A stretch of 64,000 bases of DNA from Thermoplasmata archaeon (GTDB lineage: Archaea > Thermoplasmatota > Thermoplasmata > Lutacidiplasmatales > UBA184): assembly GCA_027365105.1 (NCBI GenBank), contig DAHXNZ010000002.1:3672-67671 (forward strand), read 5' to 3'. Both the position numbers and the translations under genes were made by a program. The notes under the pieces were generated by a model, which saw nothing but the letters and a program-made list of their open reading frames with translations, was not told the DNA's origin and did not search any database. The stretch's first letter is position 1. Each line of letters opens with the position of its first letter. Positions 57,385-64,000 of the stretch are shown piece by piece.

Positions 57385-58947
57385 ATGGCCGAATCCCGCA
57401 CGCGATCGTTCCTCCTCGACAATCAGCCGGCGGCCGCGGACGGCCGCCCGACCTTTTCCGTGACCGACCCGGCCGACGGGACGACCGTCGCCCAGGTCGT
57501 CCGGGCGACCGCCGACGACGCCCGGGCGGCGATCGAGTCGGCGGCCCGGGCCCAGCCGGCCTGGGAGGCGATCGGCGCCGCCGCGCGGGCGAAGATCCTC
57601 CGGGAGGCGGCGCTCCGGTTGCGGGCTCGGGCAGAGGAGCTCGCGCTCACCATGACCCGGGAGATGGGCAAGGTCCTGGTGGAGAGCCGGGCGGAGGTCG
57701 AGGGGGCGATCGACAATCTGGAGTTCTACGCGGCGTTCGCCCGGAACCTCACGGGGGAGGAGGTCCAGGGGCTTCCCCGGGGGGAGAGCCTGAGGCTCCT
57801 CTGGCTGCCCCGGGGCGTCGTCGTCGGCATCACGCCGTGGAACTTCCCGGCGTCGACCGTGACCCGCAAGATCGCCCCCGCGCTGCTCGGGGGCAACACG
57901 ATGGTCCTGAAGCCGTCGAGCCAGACCCCGCTTTCGAGCCTCCTCATCGCGGAAACCCTCCACGCGGCGGGGCTCCCGCCGGGGGTCCTCAACGTCGTCA
58001 CCGGCCCCGGCCCGGAGATGGGCCGCGCGCTCGTGGGCCACCCGGCCTGTTCGACCGTCACCTTGACCGGATCGACCGCGAGCGGCGTCGAGGTCCTGAA
58101 GCTCGCCGCCCCGGGGGTCGTGAAGTGCCTCCTCGAACTCGGCGGCAAGGCGCCGGTGCTCGTCGCGGCCGACGCCGACCTGGACTGGGCGGCCCGGGCG
58201 ACCGTCTGGGCCCGGTTCTGGAACGTCGGGCAGGCCTGCATCGCGGCCGAGCGGGTCTACGTCGACGCGACGGTCCGGGACGCGTTCGTCCGGAAGGTCA
58301 CCGAGCTCGTCGGCCGGCTCACCCTCGGCCCGGGGACCCGCCCGGGCACCGATCTCGGTCCGCTCTGCTCCCTCCACGCCCGGGACCAGGTCGCGAAGGA
58401 TGTCGCCGCGGGGGTCGCCGCCGGCGGGCGGATCGTCGCCGGGGGAGCCCCCCCGACTGATCCCGCGCTCGCCCGGGGCGCCTTCTACGCCCCCACCGTC
58501 GTGACCGAGGTCGACGACGCGAACCCGCTCGCCCAGGAGGAGATCTTCGGCCCGGTCCTGCCGATCCTGACCTTCCGCGACTGGGAGGAGGCGATCGCGC
58601 GGGCCAACGCGAGCCGCTACGGCCTGTCGAGCTTCGTCTTCACCCGGGACCTCCGGCGGGCCGAGTCGGCGATCCACGGGCTCCGCTACGGCGAGACCTA
58701 CGTGAACCGGGTCGGCCCCGAGAGCCCCCAGGGCTACCACGCCGGGTTCCGGCAGAGCGGCCTGGGCGGCGAAGGGACCGTCTGGGGCGTCCGGGACTAC
58801 CTCCAGATGAAGTCGGTCTACGTCGACTGGAACGAACCGCACCGGGCCGACTACTTCCTGCCGTACTCGACGCCGGCCCCGAGCGGGGCCCCGACCTCGA
58901 GCGGGACGCCGAGTCCGGGCGCCCGTCGGGACCGGGCGACGAAGTAG
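57385..58947 (+). CDS. NAD(P)-dependent aldehyde dehydrogenase family protein
   Basis: ..VVGITPWNFP.., ..LKPSSQTPLS.., ..GSTASG.., catalytic Glu in LELGGKAP, catalytic Cys in NVGQACIAAERVYV, ..EEIFGPVL.. Last ~40 aa are S/P-rich and overlap the convergent permease gene. Confidence 0.85.
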   Translation: MAESRTRSFLLDNQPAAADGRPTFSVTDPADGTTVAQVVRATADDARAAIESAARAQPAWEAIGAAARAKILREAALRLRARAEELALTMTREMGKVLVESRAEVEGAIDNLEFYAAFARNLTGEEVQGLPRGESLRLLWLPRGVVVGITPWNFPASTVTRKIAPALLGGNTMVLKPSSQTPLSSLLIAETLHAAGLPPGVLNVVTGPGPEMGRALVGHPACSTVTLTGSTASGVEVLKLAAPGVVKCLLELGGKAPVLVAADADLDWAARATVWARFWNVGQACIAAERVYVDATVRDAFVRKVTELVGRLTLGPGTRPGTDLGPLCSLHARDQVAKDVAAGVAAGGRIVAGGAPPTDPALARGAFYAPTVVTEVDDANPLAQEEIFGPVLPILTFRDWEEAIARANASRYGLSSFVFTRDLRRAESAIHGLRYGETYVNRVGPESPQGYHAGFRQSGLGGEGTVWGVRDYLQMKSVYVDWNEPHRADYFLPYSTPAPSGAPTSSGTPSPGARRDRATK

Positions 58948-60323
58948 ACGGCCGGGATCAGGAGGCCGGCCGACGCGTAGAGCAGGGTCGCGTTGGTCAG
59001 GAAGCCGAGGAGGATCATCGTGAACATCGCCCCGGCGGTGATCGGGGCGAGCCACCGGTAGATCGAATGAACGTGGGGCCCGGGCGCCTCGAGGCCGAGG
59101 CCCCGGTGCCGCCCCCGGAACTGGACGGTCGCCGAGACGCTGTCGAGCGCGAACTCGGCGAGGAGGAAAATCCCGGCGGCGGTCAGGACGAGGCTGAAGA
59201 AGGCGAAGACCGACGAGGAGGTGAGCTCGGAGAGCTGGACCGCCACCTCGGCGACCGTGATGACCGCGACGGCCACCCACGGGCTCTTGAACCGCGCGTG
59301 GACCCGGGCGAACGGCTTCGGGAGGAGGCCGTCGCGGCCCATCGCGTACCAGGCCCGGCTCAGGATGAAGGCGGTGAGCCAGAGCGACGAGGCGGTCGAG
59401 ATGATCACCGCGAGGTCGATCCCCCAGACCCCCTCGGGCAGCACCCCGCCCATCCAGGTGGCGAGCGGGTCGGTGCTCGAGGCCAGCGCGCCCAGGGGGG
59501 TCTCCAGGATCAGGAGCGGCATCGTGACGAGGTAGATCGCGAAGACCGAGACGAGCCCGACGATCCCCGACTTGCCGGGCCACTCCCGGGGCTTTTTCGA
59601 CTCCTCCGACGCGTAGCTGTCGATCTCCCAGCCGTCCAGGATCGTCGCGACGACCACGAGCGCAAGGGCAAAGTCGAGCGGGTGGATGCCGAACGAGAAG
59701 AACCAGCCGATCTGGAACGGGTTCACCGTATGGGTCGGGAGCGCCCAGAACCCGATCCCGAGGAAGAGGGCGAGGATCACCCCCTCGACGACCAGGAACC
59801 CTTCGGTGAACCGGGCGGTCGGCTTCGCCCCGAGCAGGAGGGGCAGGGCGGCGACGAGCGCCCAGAGGATCCCCACCATCGACTGCCAGAAGATGCTGCC
59901 CGCGACCGCCGGGCTCGCGAGGCCGAAGGCCACCAGCAGGGAGAGGGTGTAGGCGCCGGCCGGCACGAGGATCGGGGGCAGCGAGAGGAAGTAGGCCAGG
60001 GTGACGATCCACGCCTGGAGCCCGCCGAACCGACGGCCGACGATGCGGGCCCCCCAGTGGTACGACGCCCCCGAATGCGGGTAGTGGATGTTGAGCTGCC
60101 GGAAGATCAGCGCGGCGAAGAGGAAGAACGGGAAGGCGACGACCACCGACATGATCGCCTGCGGCCCGGCGTAGGCGACCATCACGCCGAAGGCGGCGGC
60201 GATGCTGAAGGTCGGGGCGACGCTGGACGTCGAGAGCGGGATGAGGTCGAAGAGGTGGAGGACGCCCCGGCGCAGCTGATGAGGCTCCTGCGCCGGAGCC
60301 CCGCCGGTTCCGGGCGACGGCAT
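58851..60323 (-). CDS. APC-superfamily amino-acid permease (12 TM)
   Basis: Highly hydrophobic 490 aa with APC-type N-terminal motif region (..LIPLSTSSVAPTFSIAAAFGVMVAYAGP..) and ~12 predicted TM segments. Confidence 0.8.
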   Translation of the reverse strand: MPSPGTGGAPAQEPHQLRRGVLHLFDLIPLSTSSVAPTFSIAAAFGVMVAYAGPQAIMSVVVAFPFFLFAALIFRQLNIHYPHSGASYHWGARIVGRRFGGLQAWIVTLAYFLSLPPILVPAGAYTLSLLVAFGLASPAVAGSIFWQSMVGILWALVAALPLLLGAKPTARFTEGFLVVEGVILALFLGIGFWALPTHTVNPFQIGWFFSFGIHPLDFALALVVVATILDGWEIDSYASEESKKPREWPGKSGIVGLVSVFAIYLVTMPLLILETPLGALASSTDPLATWMGGVLPEGVWGIDLAVIISTASSLWLTAFILSRAWYAMGRDGLLPKPFARVHARFKSPWVAVAVITVAEVAVQLSELTSSSVFAFFSLVLTAAGIFLLAEFALDSVSATVQFRGRHRGLGLEAPGPHVHSIYRWLAPITAGAMFTMILLGFLTNATLLYASAGLLIPAVYFVARSRRAPGLGVPLEVGAPLGAGVEYGRK

Positions 60324-60356
60324 GCGACTGCGGCGAGGCGGGCGGCGGGATAAGCG

Positions 60357-61742
60357 TTATGTCGCTTTTGAAATTCGTGCTACCCGACGCCCGGGACGGA
60401 CCAGCCCGACGTGGAGGTCCATCACGTTGGTCCCCGTCGGTCCCCAGACGATCAGATCGCCCAACCGGCGCAGCGCTGGGTAGGCGTTGTGCCGCCGGAG
60501 GGCCTCGGCCAGGTCGACCCCCCGCCGGCCGGCCCGCCGGAGGGTCCCACCGTCCACCCACCCGCCGGCGGCATCGGTCGGCCCGTCGATCCCGTCGGTC
60601 CCGACGCTCAGCAGGCCGACCCCGGCCCGGCCGTCCAGGATCCGGGCCGCGGCGACGGCGAACTCCTGGTTCCGTCCGCCCCGACCGGGCGGGCCCGAAA
60701 AGGCCACGGTCGTCTCCCCGCCGGAAAGGAGGCACCACGGATGACGGTCCCGGCCGCCGGTCGGCGGCGGGTGGGCCAAGATCTCGGCATGGATCCGGGC
60801 GACGTCCCGGGTTTCGCCGGTCACTTCACACGAAATGATCCACGGGCGATAGCCGCGGGCGAGCGCCTCCCGGGCCGCCCCGTCGAGCGCCTGGCGGTTC
60901 GTCGCGACCGGAAGGAACGGCCCGAGGGGGATCGGCGCCGCCGCCGTCCGATTCCGTTCGGCCCGGGCGCCGGCCCGCAGGTGCCGGAGGATCGTCGGGG
61001 GCACCCGGCCGAGGAGCTGGTGTCGGGCGAGGACCGCGACCGCGTCCACGAACCGGGTGGGGTCCGGCACGCTTGGTCCGGAGGCGATCTCCTCCGGCCG
61101 GTCCCCGACGACATCGCTCAGGGCCAGCGTGATCTGGTGGCGCGTCGGCGCCGCCCGGGCGAGCCCGCCCCCCTTGATCCGGGAGAGGTGACGCCGCACG
61201 GCGGTGATCTCCTCGATCGGGGCATCGGTATGGAGGAGGAGATCGGTGGTCTCGGCGATCTCCGCGAGGGTGATCCCCGGGGCCGGTACCTCGGCGATCG
61301 CCGAGCCGCCCCCGCTCACGAGGAAGACGACCCGATCCTCCGCCGCCAGCCGGCGCACGTAGCCGAGGAGGGACCGGCCGGCGGCGAGGCTCCGGCGGTC
61401 CGGGATCGGATGGCTTCCCCGGACGCACCGGATCGCATGCCGGGGCCCCGGATAGCCCCGCGCGGTCGCGACGATCCCCGACGCGCCGGGCCCGAGCCGG
61501 TCGAGCGCCGCGTCGGCCATCGCCGACGCCGCCTTGCCGAGCGCGACCACGTGGAGGGCCGCGCCGGGCGGCACGTCGAACCGGTGGGCGCCGATCTCGA
61601 GCGTCCGGCCCCGGCGCCGGATCGCCCGGGCGACCGCCCGGTAGGGGTCGACCGCCGCCACCCCGGCCCGGGCGATCGCGAGCGCGTCCCGCTTGAGCCG
61701 ACCGGACCGGGCGTCGGAGGCCGGCCGACGGGAGGAGGGCAT
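60357..61742 (-). CDS. glycerate 2-kinase (MOFRL / GckA-TtuD family)
   Basis: ..LHVVALGKAASAMA.., ..FLVSGGGSA.., ..ITLALSDVVGD.., ..LLSGGETTV.., ..LSVGTDGIDGPTDAAGGWVDG.. match the MOFRL glycerate-kinase family. Confidence 0.8.
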   Translation of the reverse strand: MPSSRRPASDARSGRLKRDALAIARAGVAAVDPYRAVARAIRRRGRTLEIGAHRFDVPPGAALHVVALGKAASAMADAALDRLGPGASGIVATARGYPGPRHAIRCVRGSHPIPDRRSLAAGRSLLGYVRRLAAEDRVVFLVSGGGSAIAEVPAPGITLAEIAETTDLLLHTDAPIEEITAVRRHLSRIKGGGLARAAPTRHQITLALSDVVGDRPEEIASGPSVPDPTRFVDAVAVLARHQLLGRVPPTILRHLRAGARAERNRTAAAPIPLGPFLPVATNRQALDGAAREALARGYRPWIISCEVTGETRDVARIHAEILAHPPPTGGRDRHPWCLLSGGETTVAFSGPPGRGGRNQEFAVAAARILDGRAGVGLLSVGTDGIDGPTDAAGGWVDGGTLRRAGRRGVDLAEALRRHNAYPALRRLGDLIVWGPTGTNVMDLHVGLVRPGRRVARISKAT

Positions 61743-61763
61743 GCGGGCCGGAAGCGGGAGGTG

Positions 61764-62666
61764 TTAATACCGAGGCCGGGCGCGTTCGTAGGCGGTCCGA
61801 AGCGCGCTCGTGTCGACATGGGTGTAGATCTGGGTCGTCGCGACCGAGGCGTGGCCGAGCAGCTTCTGGATGTAGCGGATGTCCATCCCCCCGGCGAGGA
61901 GGGAGGTGGCGAGCGTGTGGCGGAGCATGTGCGGGGTCACCCGGCGGGCGATCCCGGCCGATTCGGCCGAGCGGCGGATCAGCCGTTCGACCGAGACCGG
62001 ACCGACGGGGAAGAGCCGGGAGGACCGGCGGCCGGACTCCCGGACGCCGAGGTACCGCTCGATCGCCGCCCGGGCCAGAGGGTCCAGGACGACCTCCCGG
62101 TCCTTGTCGCCCTTGCCGGACCGGACATGGAGGATCTGGTGGTCCAAGTCGATGTCGTGGACCTCGAGGTCGCAGAGCTCGCTCACCCGGAGCCCCCCGT
62201 AGGCCAGCACGTGCACGATCGCCGAGTCCCGGGGAGACCCGGCCACGACTTCGAGGAGGCGGTGGGTCTCTTCGGGCGAGAGGTAGCGCGGGAGCCGCTC
62301 GGGCCGCCGCGGAACCTCGAGCCCCTCGGCGATGGCGAGCCCGAAGCTCCGAAAGAGGCAGGTCAGACCCCGGACCGTCGTGTAGACCGAGTTCTTCGCG
62401 TAGTGCCGTTGGAGCACCAGGTGCTCGCGGTACCGTTCGAGATCCCGGAGCGAGACCTCCTCGAGCGGCTTCGCGACGAACGCGAGGAAGGTCCGGGCGA
62501 TGTGGGTGTACTGCTTGACCGTGCACGGGCTCCGCTCCTGGGTCTTGAGCTGGCGGGCGAACCGTTCGACGATCGCGGCCGGATCGAACGCGGCTTCGCC
62601 CGAGCCCGGGGCGGCCTCGAACCGTCGGGCGAGGCTCCGGGGCCGGGGAGGGGAGGAGACCGCCAT
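61764..62666 (-). CDS. xerA: tyrosine recombinase XerA (XerC/XerD-like)
   Basis: N-terminal SAM-like domain; catalytic R..K..HxxR..H..Y: ..YGGLRVSELCDLEV.., ..TPHMLRHTLATSLL.., ..LLGHASVATTQIYTHV.. Confidence 0.85.
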   Translation of the reverse strand: MAVSSPPRPRSLARRFEAAPGSGEAAFDPAAIVERFARQLKTQERSPCTVKQYTHIARTFLAFVAKPLEEVSLRDLERYREHLVLQRHYAKNSVYTTVRGLTCLFRSFGLAIAEGLEVPRRPERLPRYLSPEETHRLLEVVAGSPRDSAIVHVLAYGGLRVSELCDLEVHDIDLDHQILHVRSGKGDKDREVVLDPLARAAIERYLGVRESGRRSSRLFPVGPVSVERLIRRSAESAGIARRVTPHMLRHTLATSLLAGGMDIRYIQKLLGHASVATTQIYTHVDTSALRTAYERARPRY

Positions 62667-62761
62667 GCGCGGTTCGGTCGGCGGGACCGGGCCTAATAAC
62701 CGTATGGTCCCATCGGAACCGCGGCCCCCGGTTCAAATAGGCGCCGGCGCCTGACCGGTCC

Positions 62762-63688
62762 GTGCTGTGCTCCCAGTGCGACCGCCCGGCCCTCATCGAC
62801 CAGCCGTACCGCGGCGAGCACCTGTGCGACCGGCATTTCGACCGGTCGGTTGTCGAGCGCGCCCGGCACGAGTTCCACCGCCAGATGCCCCGGTTCCCGG
62901 GCGGGACCCTCGCGGTCGCCCTGTCCGGGGGGAAGGATTCGAGCGCCGCGTTGCTCCTCACCGAGGCGTACTTCCGGCGCCGCCCCAACGTCCGGATCGT
63001 GGCGATCACCGTGGATGAGGGGATCCGGGGGTACCGGCCCGGGACGCTCCGGGCCGCCGAGGAGCTCACCCGCCGCCTCTCGGTCGAACACCGGGTGATC
63101 CGGGCCGAGACCGAGATCGGGACGACGACCGACCGGTCGGCCCGCCGGCTCCCCGGGACGGTCCCGTGCTCCTTCTGCGGCGTCTGGCGCCGCACCCTCC
63201 TCAACCGGGCGGCCCGGGACCTGGGCGCCGATGCGCTGGTCCTCGGGTTCAATCTCGACGACCTGGCCCAGACGATCCTCATGAACCTGGTCCGCGGCGA
63301 TCTGGCGCGGCTCCCCCGGATGGCACCCCATCGGCTCCGGCAGCCCGGCCTCGTTCCCCGGATCGTCCCGCTCGCCCGGGTGCCCGAACGGGAGGTCTAC
63401 CTCTTCGCCCGCCTGCGGGAGCTCCCGTTCGACCACGGCGAATGCCCGTACGCCGGCCGGGCGAGCCGCAACCTCTTCCGCGAGACGCTCTTCCGCCTCG
63501 AGGAGGCGCTGCCGGGCACCCGGCAGTCGCTCCTGCGGACCCAGGCGCAGCTGGTCGACCGGCTGCTGGCCGACCCGGGCACCGGCGCCCCCACCCGCTG
63601 TCGGGCCTGCGGAGAACCGGCCTCCGAGGAGTTATGCCGTTCGTGCAGCTACCGGTCCCTGGTGAAGTCCTTCCCGGAGACCGCATGA
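62762..63688 (+). CDS. ttuA: TtuA/NcsA-like tRNA 2-thiolation PP-loop ATPase with N- and C-terminal zinc fingers
   Basis: N-terminal CSQC..CDRH, PP-loop ..VALSGGKDSSAALL.., ..CSFCGVWRR.., C-terminal ..CRACGEP..CRSCSY.. Confidence 0.75.
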   Translation: MLCSQCDRPALIDQPYRGEHLCDRHFDRSVVERARHEFHRQMPRFPGGTLAVALSGGKDSSAALLLTEAYFRRRPNVRIVAITVDEGIRGYRPGTLRAAEELTRRLSVEHRVIRAETEIGTTTDRSARRLPGTVPCSFCGVWRRTLLNRAARDLGADALVLGFNLDDLAQTILMNLVRGDLARLPRMAPHRLRQPGLVPRIVPLARVPEREVYLFARLRELPFDHGECPYAGRASRNLFRETLFRLEEALPGTRQSLLRTQAQLVDRLLADPGTGAPTRCRACGEPASEELCRSCSYRSLVKSFPETA

Positions 63689-64000
63689 CCGACCCGGCCC
63701 CCGCCCCCCGGCCCGTTCGCACCGTGGTCGTGATCGGCGCCGGCATCATGGGCCGGGGGATCGCGGCCCAGGCGGCCCTCGGGGGGCACACGGTCTGGGT
63801 CGAGGATCTCAAGAGGGAGCTCGCCGAGGAGGGCGCGGCCGCGGCGCGCCGGCTGCTCGACCGGGCCGCCGCGAAGGCGGGGCTACCGGCCGAAGCGCTC
63901 CCGGCGGCCCGGGACCGGATCCGGGTCGCCCCCGACCTCGGACCGTGCGCGGAGGCCGACCTGATCCTCGAGGCCGCCCCGGAGAAGCTCGAGCTCAAGC
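63685..64000 (+). CDS. 3-hydroxyacyl-CoA dehydrogenase, NAD-binding N-terminal part (partial, runs off window end)
   Basis: MTDPAPAPRPVRTVVVIGAGIMGRGIAAQAALGGHTVWVEDL.. (GxGxxG Rossmann of HBD family); ATG overlaps the ttuA stop (ATGA). Confidence 0.6.
   Translation, partial: MTDPAPAPRPVRTVVVIGAGIMGRGIAAQAALGGHTVWVEDLKRELAEEGAAAARRLLDRAAAKAGLPAEALPAARDRIRVAPDLGPCAEADLILEAAPEKLELK

Noticed and set aside
55942-60738. 1598-aa minus-strand ORF
   Set aside because: Antisense to fixC, ALDH, and in a different frame from the permease and glycerate kinase; low-complexity.
60826-63282. 818-aa minus-strand ORF and 60411-62696 plus-strand 761-aa ORF
   Set aside because: Both overlap the strongly supported glycerate kinase / xerA / ttuA genes in other frames; R/P/G-rich junk.

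Overview
This is a 64 kb, roughly 70 % GC chromosomal segment from an archaeon. Archaeal identity rests on an archaeal DnaG N-terminus, the DNA polymerase D small subunit (DP1), an XerA-type recombinase, TtuA, and a 23S rRNA gene with bulge-helix-bulge-type flanking processing stems and no linked 16S or 5S. Several surface proteins carry C-terminal membrane anchors and dense N-glycosylation sequons. The stand-alone 23S gene points towards a Thermoplasmata-like euryarchaeon; that lineage placement is an inference.

Gene content in order:
- Start of window: dnaG (partial), a hypothetical gene abutted by an ISAzo13-family insertion sequence with imperfect terminal inverted repeats and a TTA(GGG) direct repeat.
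- Three tandem AIM24/DUF124 (TIGR00266) paralogues with a coupled zinc-ribbon gene, then about 900 bp with no convincing gene.
- PolD DP1 with an overlapping cutA; pgk, panE, mdh, an XPD/Rad3 helicase and an HddA-like GHMP kinase.
- A tight plus-strand cluster: CBS–ParB-like protein, two-domain membrane-anchored cupredoxin, YafJ/EgtC-type class-II amidotransferase, a coupled unknown protein and a Cas4-like PD-(D/E)XK nuclease.
- A 1070-aa YVTN-propeller surface protein, then the stand-alone 23S rRNA (about 23395-26325) with promoter, leader hairpin, processing stems and an oligo-T terminator.
- A YprB-like RNase-H-fold exonuclease converging on a beta-class N4/N6 DNA methyltransferase.
- pstS-pstC-pstA-pstB-phoU plus an AbrB–PhoU regulator, then an AT-rich divergent promoter island with a 17-bp perfect palindrome, followed by marR and an MFS transporter.
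- moaA, an SDR, a copper P-type ATPase preceded by an unlisted 51-aa YHS gene and facing a CGNR-zinc-finger regulator.
- Three tandem giant Kelch(/PKD) surface proteins spanning about 8.4 kb.
- A SAM-dependent methyltransferase, an HTH_10 regulator, fixX, a 4xCxxC zinc-ribbon/RGG protein and fixC.
- An aldehyde dehydrogenase, an APC permease, a glycerate kinase, xerA, ttuA and a partial 3-hydroxyacyl-CoA dehydrogenase.

Genes are tightly packed. ATGA/GTGA start-stop overlaps recur, and several genes have a TATA-like element about 25 nt upstream of the start, suggesting leaderless transcripts. Many long ORFs in the six-frame track are antisense or frame artefacts of the high GC content and were rejected. 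No CRISPR array, tRNA, 16S or 5S gene could be supported from the sequence.
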